Position numbers and translations under genes: made by a program. The notes under the pieces are model-generated. The model made no database searches. It was given only the letters and a program-made list of their open reading frames with translations, and was not told the DNA's origin. DNA of 63,420 bases, counting the filler. It is 6 parts of 6 records of this genome, joined end to end, with 100 filler letters (N's around TTAATTAATTAA, not from the genome) between each part and the next. Parts side by side here need not be neighbours in the genome. Positions count along the whole stretch, not along the records: positions 1 to 17,021 come from DRR723986_18225; 5 more parts are not named here. One strand, given 5' to 3'. This document shows, piece by piece, positions 1-9,078 of this stretch; the stretch's first letter is position 1, and every line of letters begins with the position of its first letter.

Positions 1-85
1 GGTCCGTCTCGAAGGATGGGCCGCTTGTTCTGTGCGCGCCGCCCCTCCTTCAAGACGCCGCTGGAGCGGTTCCTCAGGATGAGGG
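1..85. repeat. Palindromic intergenic repeat (REP/RIME-like), family A, left-truncated
   Basis: Stem GTCTCGAAGGATGGGC...GCCCCTCCTTCAAGAC followed by CCTCAGGATGAGG; same layout recurs at 28893-28972. Confidence 0.75.
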
Positions 86-100
86 AGAGGTTTTGAAAAG

Positions 101-234
101 CTTCCTCTCCGTCGTCATCCCGGTCGAAGATCCGGGACCGGAGAGGCGAAGGCCTGTCGATTCTGCTCGCGACACCGTTGGCTTCCCGGTCCCGGCTCGC
201 GCTACGCTCGGCCGGGATGACGCCGGAGAGGAAG
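101..234. repeat. Palindromic MITE/RIME-like element, family B
   Basis: 23-bp terminal inverted repeats CTTCCTCTCCGTCGTCATCCCGG / CCGGGATGACGCCGGAGAGGAAG (1 mismatch) plus inner CCGGGACCGG/CCGGTCCCGG; directly downstream of the queE stop. Confidence 0.75.
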
Positions 235-238
235 GTTC

Positions 239-967
239 TTAAACCCCGCGCAAATTGCCCCAGATCATCGTGTGAAGCTGCGGCAGGACGGTGGCTGCGT
301 ACCATCTGTCGGAGGTAACCCGGTCCACAAGCCAGCGCATGCGCTCCATGATGCCGGCCATGTCGATGGTGGCATCGGTGTCGGCTGCCGCCGGCGGGGT
401 GTGGTTGCCCGGCTGCAGGAAGCAGCTGAGGTGCGGGTAGCGGTCTGAGACGTCCCGTGCGAAGGCATAGTCCGCCTCGTCGAAGACGACGACCTTCAGC
501 ACTGTCTGCGTCTCCGGCCCTGCGGCCTCGACGCATTCCGCCAGGCGCTGCCAGTCGGTGACCATGCCCGAGGAAGGCGGTTTCGGGCTCAGCGTCAGGA
601 CGTCGAGATCGGCAAACCAGTCCCTGGCGAGGCTGCCCTGCGTTTCCAGCGCGAAACGGTAGCCCTCTTTCTGGCCGAGCTCGATCAGGCCTCCAAGCGG
701 CTGGATCGCCGGATTGCCGCCGGAAAGCGACACTGTCAGCGGATTGCCGCCGGACAGGATCTCCACCTGCATCAGGATGGCTTCCGGCGTCATCGGGCAC
801 CATTCGTCCCGATGGGCGCTGTCGACCGCATGCAGCGTGTCGCACCAGGAGCAGCGGTAATCGCAGCCGCCGGTGCGCACGAACACGGTAGGTTGGCCAA
901 TCAGGGCGCCTTCGCCCTGAATGGTGGGGCCAAATATTTCGCTGACCCGGATCTGTTCGATACTCAT
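239..967 (-). CDS. queE: 7-carboxy-7-deazaguanine synthase (radical SAM)
   Basis: [12 protein letters not shown] and CDYRCSWCD radical-SAM motif, PQLH C-terminus; ATG at 967 overlaps the queD stop. Confidence 0.95.
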   Translation of the reverse strand: MSIEQIRVSEIFGPTIQGEGALIGQPTVFVRTGGCDYRCSWCDTLHAVDSAHRDEWCPMTPEAILMQVEILSGGNPLTVSLSGGNPAIQPLGGLIELGQKEGYRFALETQGSLARDWFADLDVLTLSPKPPSSGMVTDWQRLAECVEAAGPETQTVLKVVVFDEADYAFARDVSDRYPHLSCFLQPGNHTPPAAADTDATIDMAGIMERMRWLVDRVTSDRWYAATVLPQLHTMIWGNLRGV

Positions 968-1347
968 GCCGCACGCGCCCCCGGATAGACGAGGGGACGG
1001 AATTCGGCGCAGGTCTTCGGCGTTTCCTTCACGCGGACGGCCGAGGTTTCCGGCCAGCGCTGGCGGCACCAGTTGTAGAAATAGCGCGCCATGGTCTCGG
1101 CGGTCACGCAATCATCGCCCAGCACGTCATTCAGGTGCCTGTGGTCGAGCGTGTCGTCGATGAAGCGCTTGAATTCGGAAAGTTCGCGGTAATCGCGCAC
1201 GAAGCCGATGCCGTTCAGCTCTTCCGACATCAGCTCCACCTCGACCACATAGTTGTGGCCATGCAGGCGGGCGCAGGGGTGGTCTTCTCCCAGGCCAAGG
1301 ATCTGGTGGCTGGCGGAGAAGTGGAATTCCTTGGTGATCCTAAACAT
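964..1347 (-). CDS. queD: 6-carboxy-5,6,7,8-tetrahydropterin synthase
   Basis: [36 protein letters not shown] motifs; lies between queC and queE. Confidence 0.95.
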   Translation of the reverse strand: MFRITKEFHFSASHQILGLGEDHPCARLHGHNYVVEVELMSEELNGIGFVRDYRELSEFKRFIDDTLDHRHLNDVLGDDCVTAETMARYFYNWCRQRWPETSAVRVKETPKTCAEFRPLVYPGARAA

Positions 1348-2029
1348 TGCACGCCTCCTTCCAGAACGCTTCGTCTGCGTAGACCGTCGGGTCGATGCCA
1401 CCGGCCAGGTGGAAAGCTTCGCGCCGTTCCACGCAGGTGCCGCAGCGCCCGCAGTGAACCTCGCCGCCCTTGTAGCAGGACCATGTCTTGCGATAGTCGA
1501 CGCCAAGCCTGAGTCCCTCGGCGGCGATGTCCGCCTTGGAGGTGTGGACGTAAGGCGTGAAGAGGCTGATCTCACCCATGCCTTCCAGCGCATGGCGCTG
1601 CATGGTCTCGAAGCTTTCAGTGAAGGCCGGACGGCAGTCCGGATAGATGAAGTGGTCGCCGCCATGAACGGCGGTCGCGACCGCTTCGGCACCGCGCGCG
1701 CTGGCAATGCCGAAGGCAATGGAAAGCATGATCGCGTTGCGGTTCGGTACAACGGTGATCTTCATGGTTTCCTCGGCATAATGCCCGTCCGGCACGTCCA
1801 GATCGTCGGTCAGCGCCGAGCCGGTCAGCTGGCGGCCGATATTGGAAATGTCGATCAGGATATGCTCGGTGTTCAGCTCATCGGCACAGGCCTTCGCGTA
1901 GTCCAGCTCCTTCTTGTGGCGCTGGCCATAATCGAAAGATACGAGGCCGATCAGCTCGTGTTCCCGCGCAACCTTGTGCGCAAGGGTGACGGAATCCATT
2001 CCGCCGGAACAGATGACAAGTGTTTTCAA
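1340..2029 (-). CDS. queC: 7-cyano-7-deazaguanine synthase
   Basis: SGGMDS, FDYGQRH, VPNRN, YPDCR, TWSCY...HCGRCGTC; TTG start. Confidence 0.97.
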   Translation of the reverse strand: MKTLVICSGGMDSVTLAHKVAREHELIGLVSFDYGQRHKKELDYAKACADELNTEHILIDISNIGRQLTGSALTDDLDVPDGHYAEETMKITVVPNRNAIMLSIAFGIASARGAEAVATAVHGGDHFIYPDCRPAFTESFETMQRHALEGMGEISLFTPYVHTSKADIAAEGLRLGVDYRKTWSCYKGGEVHCGRCGTCVERREAFHLAGGIDPTVYADEAFWKEACNV

Positions 2030-2036
2030 CGATGTG

Positions 2037-2077
2037 GTCCCTTGTTTTCGCTGGCACCGGGTAGGCTGCGACCGGTG
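2037..2077 (-). promoter_or_regulatory. preQ1-I riboswitch (translational) upstream of queC
   Basis: Minus strand CACCGG-UCGCAGCCUAC-CCGGUG-CCAGCGAAAACAAGGGA: 6-bp P1, UCGCAG loop, A-rich tail running into the SD about 8 nt before TTG; closely resembles the T. tengcongensis preQ1-I aptamer. Confidence 0.88.
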
Positions 2078-2189
2078 GTTCCCTTTTGGGGAACGGCGCG
2101 CGTTTTAGCAGGTTTTGGCGAAAAGGGAAGGGTGGGGCATGCCTTGAAGGATTTTCAGGAAAAGCAGGAAAATGGACAACGCGAGCGCA

Positions 2190-2927
2190 TTACGCCCAGA
2201 TCGCCATCCTCAGGCCGCGCTCATCGCGGCGGAAGTCCTTCGGAAACGGTTCCGCGTCTCCCCGAAAAATCCGCTCGGCAATCAGGCTGTTGGCGGCGGC
2301 ATCCAGAAGGTCGTCGCGGCCGCAGCCGCGCGGGGGCTTCTGGTCGAGAAACTCTCCGGGCAACCCCTTGGAGACGAGAAGGTCCCGCCGCTGGTCGAGG
2401 CCTGCCGGGTTGGCGCGGCTCTTGACCTTCTTGGGCAGGCTCATTTCCGCTCCGCCGTTGAGGCGCCAGAAGGCAAGTTCCGGGTGCACCTCGTGGACGC
2501 ATGTCTCCAGCTCCGGTGTCATCAGGGCGTCGATTTCCCGCATTTTCGGGAAAAGGAAGAAACACTGCTTGGAGACTTTTTTCGGCGGGTCGGACGTGGC
2601 GAGCGCCGTGTTGCAGGCCTTCAGGTAATCGTCTTCATAAACGGCGGGGCGAGCGGGCACAGAAAACACCGAGGATTGGCGCATGCCAAGGTGCTTGCGA
2701 GCAGCCTTTTCCGGGCCGCGACCGCCAGGGCCGATGCGGTCCGGCAAGCCGATGGGCATGTCGACGGCGACGATGGCAAGATGCGGGGTGTGTCCGACAA
2801 TATCCGCGAAGGTCGGAAAGACGATCAGATCCAGATCGGCGGGGTCTTCCAGACTGCGGATGACCGCAACCCAGCCGGCCTTGCAGCCGTCGATACCGGC
2901 AACCCTTGTGCCTGCCTCGTCAGGCAC
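2190..2927 (-). CDS. DUF429 family protein (predicted RNase H-like nuclease)
   Basis: GIDGCKAGW, VDMPIGL, EVHPE, DDLLDA motifs. Confidence 0.85.
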   Translation of the reverse strand: MPDEAGTRVAGIDGCKAGWVAVIRSLEDPADLDLIVFPTFADIVGHTPHLAIVAVDMPIGLPDRIGPGGRGPEKAARKHLGMRQSSVFSVPARPAVYEDDYLKACNTALATSDPPKKVSKQCFFLFPKMREIDALMTPELETCVHEVHPELAFWRLNGGAEMSLPKKVKSRANPAGLDQRRDLLVSKGLPGEFLDQKPPRGCGRDDLLDAAANSLIAERIFRGDAEPFPKDFRRDERGLRMAIWA

Positions 2928-3816
2928 GGGCCTTTGCTTCCAGAACCCGGCGCGAGGTGACGAGGGCCATTGCCTTCACCACGGAGTTCTGCTCCTCGGC
3001 GAACAGCAATTCGTCCGCGCCCTTGCGCACGCTGCGGGCAACCAGCTCAAAAACGGAGGCCGACGCACGTTTCAGGGCTTCCTCGTCGTTTTGACCGGCC
3101 AGAAGGTTGGCCAGGAACAGGCCTGCGATCAGGTCTCCGGTGCCGTGCGGTGGATTCGCGATGGAAGCATGCTCGGCGGCAACGGCGCCACGCGGGCCTG
3201 CCAGAAGGTTGGCAATGGCATTGCGGCGCAGGGCTGGCGAGGAGGTCACCATAACGCGCTCGTTGCCGAGAACCCGGGCGGCGGCGAGAGCCTGCATTTC
3301 GCTGTCGATCTCGCGGCCCGTCAGCCAGCCGAGTTCAAAGGCGTTGGGCGTGACGACATCGGCCAGGGGCACCAGCTGGTCTCGGATTGCCTCGGCCGTT
3401 GCCGTGGGCACATAAAGGTTGCCGCTGCCGTCGTGCTGGTCGCCCATGACCGGATCGCACAGGTATGGCGCATCCGGAGTGTGGGTCTTGACCGCCTTCA
3501 CAAGTGACGCGATGGCGGCCGCCTGTTCCGGATTGCCGAGATAGCCGGAAATCACCGCGCCGACTTCTGCCAGTTTCGGGGATGCGGCAAGATCCTCAAC
3601 AATGGCTGTGAAGTCTGCTGCAGGGGCAACGATGCGAGTGCCCTTGCCCTGTCCGGGATGCCAGGGCAGCAGGATGGTCGGCAGAAACCAGACATCGTGG
3701 CCGATCCGTTCCAGCGCGAAGGTCAGACCGCGACCGCTGATACCGCCACGGACCACCTGGGAGGTGATCACCAGAACCGGCTTTTTCTGTGGCTCGGGGG
3801 CGCCCGGCTGCATCAT
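2920..3816 (-). CDS. pdxY: Pyridoxal kinase (PdxY/PdxK family)
   Basis: SGYLG, CDPVMGD, TPNAFEL, GTGD ribokinase-family motifs. Confidence 0.9.
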   Translation of the reverse strand: MMQPGAPEPQKKPVLVITSQVVRGGISGRGLTFALERIGHDVWFLPTILLPWHPGQGKGTRIVAPAADFTAIVEDLAASPKLAEVGAVISGYLGNPEQAAAIASLVKAVKTHTPDAPYLCDPVMGDQHDGSGNLYVPTATAEAIRDQLVPLADVVTPNAFELGWLTGREIDSEMQALAAARVLGNERVMVTSSPALRRNAIANLLAGPRGAVAAEHASIANPPHGTGDLIAGLFLANLLAGQNDEEALKRASASVFELVARSVRKGADELLFAEEQNSVVKAMALVTSRRVLEAKARA

Positions 3817-3837
3817 GGGGTCGTGTTCCTTCCGGGG

Positions 3838-5097
3838 TCAGGCAGCGTCGGAGGACGACTTGCTGCCGGTGCCGTAGCGCTTTTCGATATAGTCCAGAAC
3901 CATCTGCTTGAACTCGTCGGCAATGCCGGGCCCGCGCAGGGTCATGACCTTCTCGCCATCGATGAAGACAGGGGCTGACGGTGTTTCTCCGGTTCCCGGC
4001 AGGGAAATGCCGATGTCGGCATGCTTGGATTCGCCCGGGCCGTTGACGATGCAGCCCATCACGGCCACGTTGAGGCTTTCGACACCCGGATATTGTTCAC
4101 GCCACTTGGGCATGGACACGCGGATGTGGTCCTGAATGTCCTGGGCCAGTTCCTGGAAGACCGTGGACGTGGTGCGGCCACAGCCGGGGCAGGCGGCCAC
4201 CACCGGCACGAAGGCGCGGAAGCCCATCACCTGCAACAGCTCCTGCGCCACCTGCACCTCGCGGGTGCGGTCGCCGCCCGGTTCCGGCGTCAGCGACACG
4301 CGGATGGTGTCGCCAATGCCCTGCTGCAGGAGAATGCCCATGGAAGCGGCGGACGATACGATGCCCTTGGTGCCCATGCCGGCTTCGGTGAGGCCGAGAT
4401 GCAGGGCATAGTCGCAGCGACGGGCGAGATCGGCATAAACGGCGATCAGGTCCTGCACCTGGCTAACCTTGGCCGAGAGGATGATCTTGTCACGGCCCAT
4501 GCCGAGGCCTTCGGCGCGCTCGGCGGACAGAAGTCCGGACTGGATAATCGCTTCGCGCATGACAGCCGCTGCCGACACCGGATTTGCACTTTCGGCATTC
4601 TCGTCCATCAGCTTCGTCAGAAGCTCCTGGTCGAGTGAGCCCCAGTTGACGCCGATGCGGACGGCCTTGTCGTGCTTCTGCGCAATATCGATGATCTGCG
4701 AGAATTGCGTGTCGCGCTTGGCCTTGAAGCCGACGTTGCCCGGGTTAATGCGGTACTTGTCGAGTGCTGCGGCGCAGTCGGGATAGTCGGTCAGCAGCTT
4801 GTGGCCGATGTAGTGGAAGTCGCCGACGAGCGGCACCGTGATGCCGATCCGCTCCAGCCGTTCCTTGATCCGCGGCACCTGGGCGGCCGCTTCCGCACGG
4901 TCCACGGTGATGCGGACGATTTCAGAGCCGGCGCGGGCAAGCGCGGCCACCTGCGCGACGGTTGCATCGGCATCTGCCGTGTCTGTATTGGTCATGGATT
5001 GCACCACGATGGGTGCATCGCCGCCAACCATCACATTGCCGACCTTCACACCGACGGAGGAGCGGCGGGGCAGGGCTTTCGCGAAATCATCGATCAT
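3838..5097 (-). CDS. ispG: (E)-4-hydroxy-3-methylbut-2-enyl-diphosphate synthase
   Basis: [40 protein letters not shown]; start could be 5097-5109. Confidence 0.97.
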   Translation of the reverse strand: MIDDFAKALPRRSSVGVKVGNVMVGGDAPIVVQSMTNTDTADADATVAQVAALARAGSEIVRITVDRAEAAAQVPRIKERLERIGITVPLVGDFHYIGHKLLTDYPDCAAALDKYRINPGNVGFKAKRDTQFSQIIDIAQKHDKAVRIGVNWGSLDQELLTKLMDENAESANPVSAAAVMREAIIQSGLLSAERAEGLGMGRDKIILSAKVSQVQDLIAVYADLARRCDYALHLGLTEAGMGTKGIVSSAASMGILLQQGIGDTIRVSLTPEPGGDRTREVQVAQELLQVMGFRAFVPVVAACPGCGRTTSTVFQELAQDIQDHIRVSMPKWREQYPGVESLNVAVMGCIVNGPGESKHADIGISLPGTGETPSAPVFIDGEKVMTLRGPGIADEFKQMVLDYIEKRYGTGSKSSSDAA

Positions 5098-5320
5098 CAC
5101 AGGAACCAACGGGTTTTGAGCGTTTGCCCCTCATATGAGGGAACTGGGGCCGACTTTCCAGCGCATGATTAGGGCGTGCGGCAAAAAAGGGCAATGGCAG
5201 AGCCGCGGCAAAGGCAGGTCGATCTTCAGGCTCGCGGACGTTGCCACATGGTTTTCAGCCCGCTATGAGCTTGCATGGGCCGGCCCTAACCGTCGGCCGT
5301 CTTGTTGTGGAGGGTGCTGC

Positions 5321-6097
5321 ATGTTGAAACGGTTGCTGTCGGACTCTGTTTCCATTGTCTTTGGCAATCTGGAAACCGTGTTCAAGGTTTGCGGTGGCTG
5401 GTTTCTCCTGCAGTTTGTGCTGTCTCTCTTCATTCTGGCAAATGGCGCGCAGATCGATGAGGCGACCGCGCCTGAAGATATTTCCGGAACGACGGTCCTG
5501 CTGCTGGTAACGACCATGGTGATTGCGCTGCTGTCGTCCGCATCCATTTCGGTCGCCTGGCACCGGTTCGGTCTGCTGAACGAGCGGCCCGGACCGCTGC
5601 ACTTTCGCGTTGGCGCTGTCGAGTTCCGCTTCATCGGGCAAATGCTTCTGCTGTCGCTGGCCGCAGTGGTTGTCGTGCTGCCTGCAGGGCTGGTGATTGG
5701 TGTGCTGTCGAGCCTGTTCAACAGCACTGCCATGACGGTGGTTTTGTGGATCGTCGCGATATTCATTCTCGCCCCGTTCCTGTTCCGTCTGAACCTCAGC
5801 CTGCCGGCCGTTGCCGTTGAGCGACCGCTCGGCTTCAGTCAGATGCTTCAGTTCGGAAAAGGCCTCGGCATGCCGATGTTCCTGGCTGCGCTCATCCTGA
5901 TCCTGCCGTTTGTCGTCGTTGGCGAGGGGCTGCAGTATCTTCTTGGTCTTCTGTCCGGCGGCCTGCCGGCAGCCCTCATCCAGATGAAGATCCTCGTGCT
6001 CAACGTGCTGGTGCAGATCATCGTCACGGTGCTGGGAATCTCGATCCTGACGGCAGGGTACCGGATCGCGATGGAGCGGCCGGCTGAGGCGGCTTGA
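5321..6097 (+). CDS. Multi-pass membrane protein, paralogue 1 of 3
   Basis: About six hydrophobic segments; RLNLSLPA...GLGMPM motif shared with the neighbours. Confidence 0.75.
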   Translation: MLKRLLSDSVSIVFGNLETVFKVCGGWFLLQFVLSLFILANGAQIDEATAPEDISGTTVLLLVTTMVIALLSSASISVAWHRFGLLNERPGPLHFRVGAVEFRFIGQMLLLSLAAVVVVLPAGLVIGVLSSLFNSTAMTVVLWIVAIFILAPFLFRLNLSLPAVAVERPLGFSQMLQFGKGLGMPMFLAALILILPFVVVGEGLQYLLGLLSGGLPAALIQMKILVLNVLVQIIVTVLGISILTAGYRIAMERPAEAA

Positions 6098-6175
6098 ATT
6101 GCCGACGGCCGCTTATGCTCCAGAATTTCGCAGAGTCAGGTCATTGATTAGGTTTATCCAATTCCGGGGCTCAAA

Positions 6176-7033
6176 ATGATCAAAGATGTTTTTCAAGGCG
6201 CATTTTTTTTAATTGCCAGGAATAAGCTCTTCTCTCTTGTTTTTGTTCTTTTGCTTTCGCTATTTGGCTTTCAAAGAAATGAATATGAATATTTTTCCGT
6301 TGCAACGCAAAGCATTGATCCAATTATATTCTATAACTATTTCGACGCTTCCTTTTTTGTTGGCTGCTGCATTGTTCTTGCAGCGCTTCAATACGCCGGG
6401 TTACGGAAAGTAGCACCAAGGCATGTTTCAAACAGTGTTGCAGGTTTTTTGGCCTGAGGTGCGGTTTCAGTAATAGCAGTGGCCATCTTGCTTCTTTGTC
6501 GAAATTTTTCAGGCCTAACCATTCTGAATTTCGTGGAATGGGCGACTTTTTCTACCGGTCATCCGGACTACTTCAACTCAATTTTGCTTCCTTACTATGA
6601 TTTGGGAAGCATCCAGTTCATGGGATTTGTTTTTCCTGTGATTTTTTTGGGTTTGGTCTTGCTTTTAGTATCGCCAATCTTGCTGCGGCTTGCATTCGTC
6701 ATGCCTGCGTTCGTTTGGAGCGCCGAGCATCAATCGGGTTCATTTTGGCGTCAGGGGGCAGGATTCGGCTGGCCGATGACGCTCGCAATCTGTGTATTGG
6801 CAATGCCTTACTGGCTCGTTTTTGGACTCTTTCCAGGATTGTATTATGTGGAAGTGTTTCAATTCATTGATAAATCCGAGTATGGATTTCCGGTCTTGGT
6901 CGCTTTTCTGATCGCCAAGTCGTCGCTGTTGGCTGGTCTTGTGCTCTTTACGGTGGCTGTCGTATCCGCTGCCTATAAAATCTCAGCGCTGAGAACGCCC
7001 GACGCCGCAGAAACGTCGCGTGTGTCTGGATGA
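6176..7033 (+). pseudogene. Multi-pass membrane protein, paralogue 2 of 3, interrupted by in-frame TGA at 6455-6457
   Basis: ORFs 6176-6457 and 6479-7033 share a frame and read FLA*GAVSVIAVAILL across one stop; RLAFVMPA...GFGWPM motif; AT-rich. Confidence 0.65.
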
Positions 7034-7137
7034 TGAGCTAACAGGGCTCGGAGCGGCGCCCATGGAGTGGTCGGCAGGGCTGGTGCGTCGGCCTGAATCG
7101 CGTATCCTGCGGCCGTTGCAAGCAACCGGAGCAGACC

Positions 7138-8025
7138 ATGTTTTTCACCGTTCTGGAACGTTCGCTGTCGTTGGCGCAGCATAATTTCGGGACGCTTCTG
7201 AAAACCGGCTGGGCCTATATCCTGCTTCTGGTTGCCCTGAATTTCGCCATTGGCGGATCGCTGATGCCGGAAAGCGGCTTCAAGACCGTTTCCTACATGA
7301 CCGAGCCGGTGGCCGCTGCCGATGAAGGCGCGCTCAGGGCGCTGGCCGCCATTGCCAACCTGCTGGTCGGCTTTTCCATCGCCATTGCCTATGTGCGGCG
7401 CATCTTGATCGACGCGCGGGATTTTCCGGTCACCTTCGGGGCGCGCAACATACGCGTCATTCTCAACCAGATCGTCCTCAGCCTGATCGGCGCCCTGTCA
7501 CTGATACCACTGGTGATTGTTTCTCTGCTGCTGGCCGCGGTCACGGCGGGCATCGGGCTGCTGCTCCTGTTTCTGGCACCGTTCGTTGCACTGATGGTGG
7601 TGCAACGGTTTTCCGTGGTGCTGCCGGCATCGGCGGTGGACGATCCGCTGACGCTCAGGGAAAGCTGGCGGGCAACGTCCGGGCTTGGCTGGGCCATGGC
7701 CTTTGCGGCGCTGGTGATGAGCCTGCTCGCAGGTTTCCTGGTCGGCATCTGGGCGGTCGTTCTTGGCGTTAGCGATGGGTTGATGCCTGCCAGCGTCTTG
7801 TGGCAGCAGATCCGTTCGGCGGTCTTTCCGATGGGCACCATGCTGATCCTGGTCTGGGCGTTTGCCAGCCTGCACGCGACCTTCTACGGCCTGATCCGCG
7901 AACGCTTTGCCGCGCAACTCGGACTTCGACAGGAAGATCTTTCCAAAGTGGAGGAAACGCGGGATGCCGCCAGGGCCCGTGCACGCAAGGCGCTTGAAGG
8001 GGCGCAGCGCATGAACCGACGTTGA
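7138..8025 (+). CDS. Multi-pass membrane protein, paralogue 3 of 3
   Basis: Hydrophobic helices; RFSVVLPA...SWRATSGLGWAM motif. Confidence 0.75.
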   Translation: MFFTVLERSLSLAQHNFGTLLKTGWAYILLLVALNFAIGGSLMPESGFKTVSYMTEPVAAADEGALRALAAIANLLVGFSIAIAYVRRILIDARDFPVTFGARNIRVILNQIVLSLIGALSLIPLVIVSLLLAAVTAGIGLLLLFLAPFVALMVVQRFSVVLPASAVDDPLTLRESWRATSGLGWAMAFAALVMSLLAGFLVGIWAVVLGVSDGLMPASVLWQQIRSAVFPMGTMLILVWAFASLHATFYGLIRERFAAQLGLRQEDLSKVEETRDAARARARKALEGAQRMNRR

Positions 8026-8223
8026 TGAAGGCAACATGGATCAAATTTCATCATTCCGATGTTGCAGTGCGGCGATAACTGGTCGAATGTGTGCCTGAAA
8101 TTTTCTGTTCTGACGCCTTGTTGCCTTTCGTGGAAGGCAGAACGAGGCCAAGCCTTTCAACGATCCGTTTCCGGATGGCCGGACACTCCCGGCCGATGAT
8201 CCGCCGATCAAGGGAGATCCCAA

Positions 8224-9006
8224 ATGCTTGCCAACAAAACCGCCGTCATCACCGGATCCACTTCGGGCATCGGGCTCGGATGCGCCCGCGCCTTCGCGGA
8301 AAAAGGCGCCAATGTCGTGATCAACGGGTTGGGTGATACCGATGAGATCGAAAAGACCCGGGCCGCCATCGAGGCGGATTTCGGGGTGCGCTGCACCTAT
8401 TCGCCGGCAAACATGCTGAAGGGTGACGAGATCGCCGGCATGATCGCCGATGCGGAAAAGGAATTCGGCGGTGTCGATATCCTGGTCAACAATGCCGGCA
8501 TCCAGTTCGTGTCGCCGGTCGACGAATTCCCGGTCGACAAGTGGGATGCCATCATCGCCATCAACCTGACGTCCGCCTTCCATGCGATCCGTGCCGCGCT
8601 GCCCGGCATGAAGTCCAAGGGTTGGGGGCGGATCATCAACACGGCTTCCGCCCATGCGCTGGTCGCCTCGCCCTACAAGTCCGCCTATGTGGCCGCCAAG
8701 CACGGCATTGCCGGTCTCACCAAGACCGTGGCGCTGGAAGTCGCCCAGCAGGGTATCACCGTCAACGCCATCTGCCCGGGCTATGTCTGGACACCGCTGG
8801 TGGAAGCGCAGATCCCCGACACAATGAAGGCGCGCAACATGACCGAAGAGCAGGTCAAGAACGACGTCATGCTGGCCGCGCAGCCGACGAAGCAGTTCGT
8901 GACCATCGAACAGGTGGCGGGCTACGCGGTGTTCCTGTGCTCCGATACGGCATCGTCGATCACCGGCTCGATCCTGCCCATCGATGGCGGCTGGACCGCA
9001 CACTGA
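8224..9006 (+). CDS. bdhA: D-3-hydroxybutyrate dehydrogenase (SDR)
   Basis: TGSTSGIG, NNAGIQ, YVAAKHG, ICPGYVWTPLV. Confidence 0.93.
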   Translation: MLANKTAVITGSTSGIGLGCARAFAEKGANVVINGLGDTDEIEKTRAAIEADFGVRCTYSPANMLKGDEIAGMIADAEKEFGGVDILVNNAGIQFVSPVDEFPVDKWDAIIAINLTSAFHAIRAALPGMKSKGWGRIINTASAHALVASPYKSAYVAAKHGIAGLTKTVALEVAQQGITVNAICPGYVWTPLVEAQIPDTMKARNMTEEQVKNDVMLAAQPTKQFVTIEQVAGYAVFLCSDTASSITGSILPIDGGWTAH

Positions 9007-9078
9007 TCCACGCTGCTCGCGGTGCGGGCTGATGCCTGCCCGCGACCGTCGCCGAACCACCGGAACAAGGGAGCCGTC

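Noticed and set aside
239-2927. queCDE + DUF429 as a 7-deazaguanine DNA-modification (dpd) defence island
   Set aside because: No dpdA/tgt-like or dpdB-K genes; the preQ1 riboswitch and housekeeping neighbours indicate ordinary queuosine biosynthesis.
6455-6457. Selenocysteine or alternative genetic code at the in-frame TGA
   Set aside because: Context is a hydrophobic helix with no redox motif or evident SECIS, and neighbouring genes use TGA as stop.
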